Origin: an uncultured virus (IMG/VR IMGVR_UViG_3300046517_001084)
Taxonomy: Duplodnaviria > Heunggongvirae > Uroviricota > Caudoviricetes
IMG/VR virus record: IMGVR_UViG_3300046517_001084
Strand: one strand, 5' to 3'
Length of the DNA: 64,000 nucleotides
The position numbers and the translations under genes were made by a program. This document shows, one piece after another, positions 35,481 through 43,699 of the stretch (the first letter of the stretch is position 1; the number at the start of each line of letters is the position of its first letter). The notes beneath the pieces were generated by a model. That model was not told the DNA's origin, searched no databases, and worked only from the letters and a program-made list of their open reading frames with translations.

Positions 35481-38400
35481 GGCGCACCCACCTCCCAGTC
35501 GCTGTCCGGTTCCGCGGTGTGCTGCTCGACGACGGGTTCGCCGACGGTCCAGCCGGTTTGCGGGCCACCCACGGTCCAGCCGGTGGCCGGGTCTCCGACG
35601 GTCCAACTGCCTTGCGGCTGGCCGACGGTGTAGTCGATGTCGTCGGGCAGGCCGCCTGCGGCCAGCGGCAGGGCGGTGTCGTGTTCAAGAGCGCCGACGA
35701 GGACGAGCCGCTTGGCCGGGGTGAGCGGACGGGCAGTGCTGGTATCGGCGGCCGGCGTGAGCACGATCCGCTTGAGCGTGCCGAGCGGACGGGCCGTATC
35801 AACGCCCGACGCGGGGCCGAGTCCTGGGGAGCCCGACGTGCTGAGGGCTTGCGCGGTGCCGGTTTCCAGGGCGGGATCGAGCGGCAACTGCTTGCGTCCG
35901 GTGACGGCTTGAGCTTGCTCGATGCCGTCGGACGTGGTGAGCGGGCGGGACTTGGTTGCGTGTAGGGGCTGGGCGGTGCCTGTCTCCACGGCAGGTGCGA
36001 GCCGTCCGGGGACGGTCAGCGGCTGCGCCTGGCCTGTTTCGGCGGCGGCGCCGAGCGCGGTCGTTTTGACGGCGGCCAGCTGCTGCGCGGCACCGGTGTC
36101 GACTGCGGGGCCGGCCGTGGCCTGCTTCCGCCCGGTGAGGGCTTGTGCCGTCTCGGTGCTGCCCGCGGTGCCGACTGGCTCCGTCTTGCTGCTGCCGAGC
36201 GGTTGTGCCGCGCCGGCCTCGTCTGCCGCATTCAGGGCGGCGGTCTTGACGCCGACGAGGGGCTGGGCGGTGTCGGTCGTCTCACTGGAGGTGAGCGGCC
36301 GGGCCTTGGCCGTACCGAGCGGCTGTGCCTGGCTGGTCTCCTGGGCGTTGTCGAGCCGCCCGGGGATACCGAACTGCTGGGCTTGCCCAGCTTCTTCTGC
36401 GGTTCCCAGGAGGAGCGTCTTGCGGGCGCCGAACGCTTGGGATGCGTCGCTGGCGAAGGCGGTTGTTGCAGCGTTCCGCTTGGTACCGGCGGCGCTTTGT
36501 GCCGCTTCGGAGGCCGAAGCGCATCCGAGGCCGAAGGCCTTGACCGTGCCCAGCGGTTGGGCTTCGTCGGTCGAGGCTGCACCGGTGAGGGGCCGCTTGG
36601 TGCCGAGCGAGAGCGCGGCCTCTACGCTCTGCGCCGCGGCCAGCGTCGCGTGCTTGGCTCCCTGCAGGGGTTGGGTAGCTTCGGTCGCTTCAGCCGGGGC
36701 GAGTGCGGCCGTCTTCACTGCCTGGAGGCCCTGCGCCGCGTCCTCGCCCGACGCTGGGGCGAGAGCTGCGGTCTTGGCCGCGGTGACGGTCTGCGCCGCC
36801 TCTGCGGCTTCGGCCGTCCCGGCGGCTGTGCGCTTGGCTGCGCCGAGAGGCTGGGCCTGGCCGGCTTCGTCCGCCGTGCCGAGTGCGGCCTGTTTGGCCG
36901 CCGCTGCGGGCTGTGCGGTCTCGGTGGCTGCCGCTATGCCGAGCGGGGTCGTCTTGGATGCCGGGAGCGTCTCGGCGCCGGCGGTCTCCTGCGCCGTCCC
37001 CAACGCCGCGACGATGGGCGGGGTGTTGAGGTTGTCGAACTCGACGAAGTCGGTCGTGCCCGAGTCGCGGTGGGCGATCAGCTGGAGTTGCAGCGTCGTG
37101 CTGCTCACCCAGGCGGGGCTGCTGTCGGCGCGCTGCACCGTCCAGGTCACACCGTCCGCGCTGGTCTCCCAGTACAGGAACCCGCTGGTCTCGCGGATGC
37201 GGAGCCAGGCGTGGTCGACGGGGTCGTAGGCGAGGAACACGTCGCCGGGGTCGGCCCAGCCGGTCCGCATGAACAGCGACAGAACACCCACGGTGGTGTC
37301 GACGTTGACGCCAATGTCCGTACCGGCAGTCCCCGACAGGATGACGATCTGGGAGGCGGCAGCGTTGGCGGCGGGCCACATGCGGACGGACACCTGGCTG
37401 CCTGCGAGGGTCCAGGCTGCGGCGGTGGTCAGGTTGTTGTAGTTGGTGTCGCACTGAATGCGGGCGTGGCCGCCGCTCTCGTCGTACACGCCACCGGACG
37501 CCGGCCACAGAGCGGTGTCGATGGTGTCGGAGTCGAACCGGTCCTTCAACTGCTCCAGCGGACGCCCCGCGCTTTGCGCGGTGCCCGTCTCGGCGGCCGG
37601 CGTAAGGCTGGCCGTCTTGCTGGTCGCGGAAAGCTGCGCCGTCTCGAACGACGAGGCGGCCCCTGCGGGCAGGACCTTGCCGCGTCCGAGGGCTTGAGTG
37701 GCGTCGGTTTCGCTGGCGGCGCCGAGGCTGTGCGCCTTCGATCGCGGGAGGGGCTGTGCGGTCTCGGTGGAGCTGGCGGTGCCGAGCGTCCGGGTCTTGC
37801 TGCGGCCCAGGGCCTGTGCGGTGTCGGTCTCGGTCGCAACGCCCAGGGCGTGGGTCTTCGTCCGGCCGAGCGCCTGGGCGGTGTCGGTCTCGGAGGCGAG
37901 GGTGAGGGTCTGCGTGACCGTGGTGACCTTGCGGACGCGCCGTACCCGGCCGGGCCCCCAGGTCACACCGGGGCTGTCCTCGGTGGTGGTGCCGGTGCCG
38001 CCGGTCAGGGTGAAGCTGTTGCCGGAGTAGTCGGCGGTCTCGCTGTGGGTGAGCGGGTACCAGGCTTTGAGGTTGGCGGTGCGGGCGGGCAGCCAGGAGA
38101 GGCGTTCCTGCTCGAAGTCGGCGGCGCCGAGGGTGACGCCGGTCCAGATCTTCACTCCGGCGATGGCGCCGTTGAGCCAGTCGCCGTTTTCGTGGTGCTC
38201 GCCGAGGATGATGCTGGTGGCGGTTGTGGTGGTGCTGCCGGTGGTCCAGGTGACGGCGGTCGGGGAGCTGGTGGTTGTCAGGGCGCGGGCCCACAGGGAG
38301 CCGCTGGCGCCGTTGGTGGAGCAGGAGATGAAGTACCAGGTGCCGACGGTCAGCGCGAATGATCCGAAATTGTTGACTTCGTCGTAGAAGCGGAGGCTGG

Positions 38401-38584
38401 TGCCGTCGACGTCGGTGGCGATCGACCAGTATTCGGTGGCGCTGGAGCCGATCGACAGGAACGTGGAGACGGCGTTCCGGTCTGTGCTGATCTTCAGCCA
38501 GCCGCAGGCGGAGATCTGTGACTGTGATCCCAGGGACGTGGTGGTGTTGTAGTCCTGGCCGTCTGCGGAGAACCTGACGGCCAC
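35471..38584 (-). CDS. 1037-aa fibre-like protein: LamG-like domain, about 29 20-aa Ala/Thr repeats, inserted lectin-like domain, WTVG repeats
   Basis: Repeat consensus LGxAxETxxAQxLxxxKxx read from the translation; WYFI...LNGAIAGVKIW LamG-like pattern. Confidence 0.8.
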   Translation of the reverse strand: MAVRFSADGQDYNTTTSLGSQSQISACGWLKISTDRNAVSTFLSIGSSATEYWSIATDVDGTSLRFYDEVNNFGSFALTVGTWYFISCSTNGASGSLWARALTTTSSPTAVTWTTGSTTTTATSIILGEHHENGDWLNGAIAGVKIWTGVTLGAADFEQERLSWLPARTANLKAWYPLTHSETADYSGNSFTLTGGTGTTTEDSPGVTWGPGRVRRVRKVTTVTQTLTLASETDTAQALGRTKTHALGVATETDTAQALGRSKTRTLGTASSTETAQPLPRSKAHSLGAASETDATQALGRGKVLPAGAASSFETAQLSATSKTASLTPAAETGTAQSAGRPLEQLKDRFDSDTIDTALWPASGGVYDESGGHARIQCDTNYNNLTTAAAWTLAGSQVSVRMWPAANAAASQIVILSGTAGTDIGVNVDTTVGVLSLFMRTGWADPGDVFLAYDPVDHAWLRIRETSGFLYWETSADGVTWTVQRADSSPAWVSSTTLQLQLIAHRDSGTTDFVEFDNLNTPPIVAALGTAQETAGAETLPASKTTPLGIAAATETAQPAAAAKQAALGTADEAGQAQPLGAAKRTAAGTAEAAEAAQTVTAAKTAALAPASGEDAAQGLQAVKTAALAPAEATEATQPLQGAKHATLAAAQSVEAALSLGTKRPLTGAASTDEAQPLGTVKAFGLGCASASEAAQSAAGTKRNAATTAFASDASQAFGARKTLLLGTAEEAGQAQQFGIPGRLDNAQETSQAQPLGTAKARPLTSSETTDTAQPLVGVKTAALNAADEAGAAQPLGSSKTEPVGTAGSTETAQALTGRKQATAGPAVDTGAAQQLAAVKTTALGAAAETGQAQPLTVPGRLAPAVETGTAQPLHATKSRPLTTSDGIEQAQAVTGRKQLPLDPALETGTAQALSTSGSPGLGPASGVDTARPLGTLKRIVLTPAADTSTARPLTPAKRLVLVGALEHDTALPLAAGGLPDDIDYTVGQPQGSWTVGDPATGWTVGGPQTGWTVGEPVVEQHTAEPDSDWEVGAPWT

Positions 38585-38593
38585 GTCGGCCCC

Positions 38594-39103
38594 CTACGTG
38601 TCGCTGTATGTCAGCCGGGCCTGCAACAGCCACGCGTCGTTGGCGAGGGTGTCGGCGGCGTTGGAGCCGATCCTCTTGATCCGCACCCACACGATGTCGG
38701 ACGCGGCGACCGTGTCGAGGTTGGAGATCGTGACGGTGGCGGTCATGACGCGCTTGCCGACCGTGCCCAGGTGGCTGGAGTCGACGGTCTGCGCGGTGGC
38801 GAAGGCCTTCGTTGTGACGTCCTGCGTGTCGGTCCCGGCGGTGATCGCCGCGATGGCGGCCTCCCAGCGCACGCTTCCGGAGGTCGCGTTGTCGGCCTGC
38901 CACAGCACATCGCAGGTGATGGTGGGGTTCGATGCCCCGTACCCGAACGAGTCGATCTTCCAGAAGGCTGCCTCGTCGAGGGACGCGTCGTAGCGCAGCC
39001 CGGACACCGGGAAGTTCGTGCCGTTGAACTTGTCGAACTGGGGGTACGTGCTGCCCAGGTACTGGGCCTGCTCGGGGTCGAGGTCGAGGCGGATGTTCGC
39101 CAT
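38594..39103 (-). CDS. Beta-sandwich putative virion protein
   Basis: Beta-rich; SG.VRW, R.G...ADT...DA.L pattern. Confidence 0.6.
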   Translation of the reverse strand: MANIRLDLDPEQAQYLGSTYPQFDKFNGTNFPVSGLRYDASLDEAAFWKIDSFGYGASNPTITCDVLWQADNATSGSVRWEAAIAAITAGTDTQDVTTKAFATAQTVDSSHLGTVGKRVMTATVTISNLDTVAASDIVWVRIKRIGSNAADTLANDAWLLQARLTYSDT

Positions 39104-39366
39104 CAGCCGTCCTCCTGCGCCCGCAGCTTCCCGGCCCGCCGCATCGCGACGTAGCAGAACAGCAGCGTCTTGAACGTCAGCGAGGCGGTGCCGCGGAACG
39201 GCTGCGGCAGCGCGGTGTTGAACGAGGCCTGGTTCGCTTCGATCCAGTCGTCCGTCGCCGCGACCGCGGCAGCGAGATCGGTCTTGGTAATGCCGGAGCA
39301 GTCCAGGGTGACCTCGCGCATGAACTGCGCCAGGCAGCGGGCCCGGTTGGTGGCGTCGAGCGCCAT
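39103..39366 (-). CDS. Small helical hypothetical protein
   Basis: TK.DL.AAV.A.DDW...N..SFN.ALPQP; coupled to its neighbours. Confidence 0.6.
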   Translation of the reverse strand: MALDATNRARCLAQFMREVTLDCSGITKTDLAAAVAATDDWIEANQASFNTALPQPFRGTASLTFKTLLFCYVAMRRAGKLRAQEDG

Positions 39367-39368
39367 GA

Positions 39369-39815
39369 TCAGGCCGCCGACGTGCTGCGGTAGAAGTCGT
39401 TGACAGTTGCCGTCACGTCGGAGCCGTCCGGAGTGATCGGGAAGTCGCACTTCACCAGCGGGATCAAATCGGAGTCCGTGCCGGTGGTGGTGTCCGGGTC
39501 GTAGCAGATGACAATGGCAGAGATCGCGTTGCCGGTCGCCGCGGTCCACGTGATGTCCGCGCAGTCCACGGAGACCCGGTCGTTCGTGTTGTCGACGGTC
39601 ACAGTCACCGAGGCGAGCGTTTTACGGCCCATGGTGGTCTGCTCGTTGGAGGCGCCGGCCAGCAGGGTGGACAGGTCGGCGTAGTCGCGCATGGTCGCGT
39701 CGGACACGATGCCCGTCGTCTCGATGGGCACGGCAATCAGCCCGTCGTTGGCGGCGGGGAGCTCGGCGTAGTACTTGACCTTGCCGAGGGCGATGTTGAA
39801 GACGATGTTCGCCAC
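39369..39815 (-). CDS. Putative virion structural protein (first gene of the fibre module)
   Basis: MAN.VFN.A.G...RKTL...D..D.TW...D..L.PL...D....PDGSD; AGGAG RBS. Confidence 0.65.
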   Translation of the reverse strand: MANIVFNIALGKVKYYAELPAANDGLIAVPIETTGIVSDATMRDYADLSTLLAGASNEQTTMGRKTLASVTVTVDNTNDRVSVDCADITWTAATGNAISAIVICYDPDTTTGTDSDLIPLVKCDFPITPDGSDVTATVNDFYRSTSAA

Positions 39816-39852
39816 GGATATCTCCTGTCGGCGCGGTCAGTTGATGAATGGG

Positions 39853-40072
39853 CCCGCTCCGGCCCTCGGGTGAAGGTGGCCGGAGCGGGTTGTCCCGCCG
39901 CCGTGGCGTGGGCCCGGGGCGGGCTGGCGGCGGGACGTCGGGGCCGAGGATCTGGGGGATGCGGCCCCGAGTTTGGGTGTCCGCCCGGCCGTGAGGGGCC
40001 GGGCGGACAGTTGGGCCGAGCACGCGCTGGGGTGCTCAAGGCCCGGCCTGCGCCCGCACCGCCGTGCGCAGG
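39853..40072 (-). ncRNA. Candidate structured RNA / late-operon leader made of six adjacent hairpins
   Basis: Six inverted repeats of 7-13 bp tile the intergenic space. Confidence 0.5.
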
Positions 40073-40082
40073 GGACTTGGGG

Positions 40083-40364
40083 TCAGGCGGCGCGCTGGTG
40101 GGGTCCGCGGCTGTTGGCCGCAGGGTCGGCAGGCTTGTACTTGCTGCGCGCCGCAGCTGCCGCCTTGACGGTGGGGAGATGGAAGAAGGTTCCGCCTTCG
40201 CCGTCGAGGATCGGTTCGATCTTGCGGCGGGTGACCCAGACGCGGATCGTGCCAGGCTTCACTTCGGCGACTCGGGCGGCTTCCCACAAGTCGCCGATCT
40301 GATCACCGTGTTCAGCCTGCGCGAAGTGGACTTCGAGATCGTCCGGGTTCGGGAAGGCGACCAT
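40083..40364 (-). CDS. MerR-like HTH protein (candidate late regulator)
   Basis: EAARVAEVKPGTIRVWVTRRKI; GGAGG RBS. Confidence 0.7.
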   Translation of the reverse strand: MVAFPNPDDLEVHFAQAEHGDQIGDLWEAARVAEVKPGTIRVWVTRRKIEPILDGEGGTFFHLPTVKAAAAARSKYKPADPAANSRGPHQRAA

Positions 40365-40514
40365 GGCACCTCCCCGCAGGTACGCGAAGACCCCCACCGG
40401 GATGGACGCGGCAGGGGTCTTGAGGGGTTGTTTGAGACGCGTGTAGCAGTGTCTGATCGCGAGATTACAGCCACTGCCCCCTTGACACAACCCGCCCTAT
40501 GCGGGGCTGGCAGC

Positions 40515-41105
40515 TCAGGCAGTCAGAGGCGGGAGTTGTTCGCCCTTCCGTAGCTCGTTGATCAGTTGCATGAGTTCCGGGCCGGGCTCAAACCATTCCC
40601 CGTGGCGGCGGAGTGCAGCGAAACGGGCGTGCATCTGCTGTTCCTCCGTCAGGCGGCCCGGAGTTTTCGCCAGGACGGTGGCGTTCAGTTGTTCCGACCG
40701 TCGGCGGAGGTCATTGCTGAAGCCGATCTTTATGAGGCGTTCGCGCCGCATGAAGTACACCCACGACGGGCTGCTCTTTAGGGGGCGGCTGTAGCTGTCG
40801 AGCGGGCGGTACCACTCATCTCCTGCGGTTCGGTGGGCGTCTACCCAGGAGCGCATATCGCCCCTGGCGATGATGTGGGCGAGCCTTGCCGCTGCGTCCT
40901 TCTCGTGCTCCTCGCAGAGCTGGAGGGGCGCTTGGGTCGTGGCTGGGCTGTCGCATTCCCCGTACCAGCAGGCGCTCTCCGTCGATGGAGTGATGATCGC
41001 GTGGGCTCGCGCTCCGCATCCGCACCGAAAGCGTCCAGGGCCACTTCGGTACTCGGGGCTCATAGTCCGTCCGCAGCCGCACCGGATGACGAGATCATCA
41101 GGCAT
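40515..41105 (-). CDS. GIY-YIG (T5orf172-like) protein with N-terminal Cys motifs
   Basis: VYFMR...IKIGFS..L..R...E..MH.RF...R..GEWF. Confidence 0.8.
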   Translation of the reverse strand: MPDDLVIRCGCGRTMSPEYRSGPGRFRCGCGARAHAIITPSTESACWYGECDSPATTQAPLQLCEEHEKDAAARLAHIIARGDMRSWVDAHRTAGDEWYRPLDSYSRPLKSSPSWVYFMRRERLIKIGFSNDLRRRSEQLNATVLAKTPGRLTEEQQMHARFAALRRHGEWFEPGPELMQLINELRKGEQLPPLTA

Positions 41106-41337
41106 CGGCCGCCTCCGGGTCGATGAGGTCGGCGCACGCGGCGGGGATGTCGGCAGCATCCCACCAGTTCCACTGATTGCCTTCTCCGCTGACGTGGACG
41201 TTCCGTAGCCGCTCGGCGAGTTCGTGGGCGTGCTTGTTGAGGATCCGGTCGACGTGCTGACGGGAGCCCTTGCCGGTGGTCAGGAGCCACTGGGCTAGGA
41301 GATCGAGCAGGTCGGCGCGGGCGGTCGTCTCGCTCAC
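41098..41337 (-). CDS. Hypothetical protein
   Basis: AHELAE.LR...ADLIDP pattern; coupled to its neighbours. Confidence 0.6.
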   Translation of the reverse strand: MSETTARADLLDLLAQWLLTTGKGSRQHVDRILNKHAHELAERLRNVHVSGEGNQWNWWDAADIPAACADLIDPEAADA

Positions 41338-42032
41338 GCGGCCACCCCCGCGTCGCGTCGCAGTACATCTTCCTGCGCCAGTCGTAGCTCGCGCCAGGCA
41401 GCAAGCCCGTCCCATTCGGTGCCGCACGTACTGCAGCGGATGCGGTGGCTGGCGGCGGTGGCGGTCAACTGCTGCCCGCACGGGCCGGCTTCGAGGGGGA
41501 CGGGGCAGAGGCCGGTCTGTACGCGGCCGGGCTTGCGTTCGCCGGAGACGGCGGCCGTGGCTTCAGCATGCAGGCGGCGGAGGTCGTCGATGTCCTGGCC
41601 TATGGAGTCGTAGCTGTCGCAGGCCCATGGCAGGTTGTTGATCAGGAAGCGGGCGTGCTCGGGGACGGCTTGAGCGGGGCTGCCGCGCCAGGGGGCAACA
41701 GTCCAGCCAAGCGCTTGCCGCCAGGCGTCCTCGATGGCTGCGAGGCGGGCTGCGGCGCCACCGGGGCCAGTCAGGGTGAGGACTTCGAGGCGAGGCGGTA
41801 TGGGCGGGGTGCGGCTGCCGGAGGTGGCCGAGCCGGGCTTGCGGGCGCCGCGCATGAGGGTGGCCGTGTGGCTCAACTCGACGAACAGGGCGGGGAGTTC
41901 GGTGATCCGTTTCATGGTCTTGATCTCACAGGGCCTGCAGGCTTGGCGCCCGTTCTCGTTGACCCAAAGGTCTTTGCCGCAGGCGGCGCATACCGGCCAC
42001 TGGTAGATCGCGGCGTCATCAGTATCGTGCAT
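41334..42032 (-). CDS. Zinc-binding hypothetical protein (candidate late-transcription factor)
   Basis: CxxC...CxxC at the N-terminus and GxCP...CG..L....IRCxxCG..W at the C-terminus. Confidence 0.7.
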   Translation of the reverse strand: MHDTDDAAIYQWPVCAACGKDLWVNENGRQACRPCEIKTMKRITELPALFVELSHTATLMRGARKPGSATSGSRTPPIPPRLEVLTLTGPGGAAARLAAIEDAWRQALGWTVAPWRGSPAQAVPEHARFLINNLPWACDSYDSIGQDIDDLRRLHAEATAAVSGERKPGRVQTGLCPVPLEAGPCGQQLTATAASHRIRCSTCGTEWDGLAAWRELRLAQEDVLRRDAGVAA

Positions 42033-42141
42033 GGTGGGGCTCCTCGACAGCGGTGGTGCAGAGGATCAGGGCTGCCCCCAGTGTGCACGGCGGATGGCCG
42101 GAACTCGCCTCAACGCCTCATCGTGCGGGCCCCGTCGGGGG

Positions 42142-42345
42142 TCAGAGCGCTTTGTCGACCGCCGTGTTCATCGTCTCGACGTCGACACTGATCTTCTGGA
42201 GCCTTCCGCCGAACGACACGCGGGCGGCGACGGTCTCCCGGCCGGTGGCGCCGGATCGCATCGCGTCCTGCACCCAAGCAGCAACCTCGTCCAGCGTGAG
42301 CAGCTGCTTCTTCTCGGCGGTGTGCTCGATCTTCTTGAGGGCCAT
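42142..42345 (-). CDS. Small hypothetical protein
   Basis: GAGGA RBS; LTLDE.AA.V.DA...V.FGG.L. Confidence 0.55.
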   Translation of the reverse strand: MALKKIEHTAEKKQLLTLDEVAAWVQDAMRSGATGRETVAARVSFGGRLQKISVDVETMNTAVDKAL

Positions 42346-42522
42346 GAGCCCATCATCCTCCATCAGTTGAAACGCTAACGGCCCCGGCCGGTGAAGGCGC
42401 GGGGCCGCAAGGGGGCGGGCGGTGCGGTCACTCCTCGTCGTCTTGGTCGGCGGCTTTGCAGGCGTCGTTGCAGTACGGGTAGCCGCCGGGGGCGCCGCAC
42501 AGGATGCATTCGTTGTTCACGG

Positions 42523-42711
42523 CTACTCCCTGACGAGCGGGGGTTCGGTGATGATGCCGTCGGCGGTGGTGCTGAGTTCGAGGTCGTCGTCGCGGCAGAC
42601 GAGCCGGTAGCCGCCCGCTTCCTCCCAGACCTTCATGGGCGTGCCGCAGTGCTCGGGCGGGTTCGTGATGTCGACCTTGTCGTCGATCCACAGGTCATCG
42701 GTGTCGGGCAT
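42523..42711 (-). CDS. Small hypothetical protein (HCG..M...C)
   Basis: GGAGG RBS; 62 aa. Confidence 0.5.
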   Translation of the reverse strand: MPDTDDLWIDDKVDITNPPEHCGTPMKVWEEAGGYRLVCRDDDLELSTTADGIITEPPLVRE

Positions 42712-42716
42712 GGCGG

Positions 42717-42890
42717 TCAGTCCTCCAGGTCTTCGGGGTACTCGTTGTGGCGTGCCATGTCGGCGTGGGCTTGGTGATCGGCGGCTAGCTCGTGCAGGTG
42801 GCCGCGCGCCGGGCCGCTGGCGGTCTCGGCGGCCTGGCTGTAGGCGGCGGCTTCCTCGCTGTGGAACTGGATCGCGTCCTGACGCTTCAT
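42717..42890 (-). CDS. Small His/Ala-rich hypothetical protein
   Basis: AGGAG RBS; MKRQDAIQFHSEE... Confidence 0.5.
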   Translation of the reverse strand: MKRQDAIQFHSEEAAAYSQAAETASGPARGHLHELAADHQAHADMARHNEYPEDLED

Positions 42891-42902
42891 ACCGGTGCTC
42901 CT

Positions 42903-43403
42903 CTACTGCTGGTTGGTGGTCTTGGCCCACAGGCCGCTGGTGCGGGAGTGGACGTTGCGCTGGTCGACGGGCCCGCTGTAGTGGTTGTGGACCTCGGCGG
43001 GCGGGGCGGCCTCAACGACTTCCTTGGCGCCGCGCAGGAGCCGGGCGACGGCGAGGATCGGCACGGCGAGTGCGGCGGGCGCGGCGCAGATCCAGCCGAC
43101 GACGACCGGGTCGGCCTGTCCCGACGCCAACAGCAGCCCGATCGCGATCAGGCCGGGCGGGACGGTCGCCACCCCGCAGTACAGCGCGGTCCGGCCGATA
43201 TCCGTCGAGCGCTGCGACATGGGCGGCACCCCCGGCTGCGGTACGGCAGGCGCGGTACCGATCCGGGGGCCATCCGCCCACGACGGCAGGCTGGGGTCGC
43301 TGCTGCGGAACGACGTCCTCATTCCGTCGGCGAGGGCGGCTTCGACCTCGGCGGCGAGTTTCCAGACCTCGGCCCGGTCGGTGGGCTCAGGCTTTGCAGG
43401 CAT
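42903..43403 (-). CDS. SpdD-like two-TM membrane protein
   Basis: V.QPG.PPMSQ, two hydrophobic helices, HNHY.GPV.Q motif; downstream of the TraB-like gene. Confidence 0.6.
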   Translation of the reverse strand: MPAKPEPTDRAEVWKLAAEVEAALADGMRTSFRSSDPSLPSWADGPRIGTAPAVPQPGVPPMSQRSTDIGRTALYCGVATVPPGLIAIGLLLASGQADPVVVGWICAAPAALAVPILAVARLLRGAKEVVEAAPPAEVHNHYSGPVDQRNVHSRTSGLWAKTTNQQ

Positions 43404-43442
43404 GGCGGTTCTCCTTCCGGGCCGAGTGGCGCGGGGTTGGTA

Positions 43443-43670
43443 CTACTTGGAGGACACGTTGTTGGCGGTGCTCGTGGCGACCTGGACGGTGTTGCCGAGC
43501 ACGTCTTGGACCTTGGCCGCTAGGCCGCTGCCCCAGGGGGTGGCGACGAGGAGGATCCAGAACAGCGAGACGGCCAGCACCTCGCGCTTCTTGTGGTGCT
43601 TCTTCCGGATGATCCAGACGGCCAGTCCGGCGCAGATGATCGCGAAGAGTGCGGTGGCGGTGAGGGTCAT
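43443..43670 (-). CDS. Small two-TM membrane protein (mobile-element transfer type)
   Basis: TM - basic loop - TM - TPWG; directly after the TraB-like gene. Confidence 0.65.
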   Translation of the reverse strand: MTLTATALFAIICAGLAVWIIRKKHHKKREVLAVSLFWILLVATPWGSGLAAKVQDVLGNTVQVATSTANNVSSK

Positions 43671-43699
43671 GGCGTGATCCCTTTCTGTGAGTTGGGCGG

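Noticed and set aside
35471..38584. Diversity-generating retroelement or invertible fibre cassette
   Set aside because: No reverse transcriptase, template/variable repeat pair or flanking inversion sites were seen; the repeats are degenerate at the DNA level
36143..38903. Long alternative ORFs (36143..38362 +, 36690..38903 -) over the fibre gene
   Set aside because: Arg/Gly/Pro-rich shadow frames typical of high-GC codon bias; no motifs
39853..40072. CRISPR array or tRNA cluster
   Set aside because: The hairpins share no repeat sequence, there are no cas genes, and no cloverleaf or T-loop motif is visible
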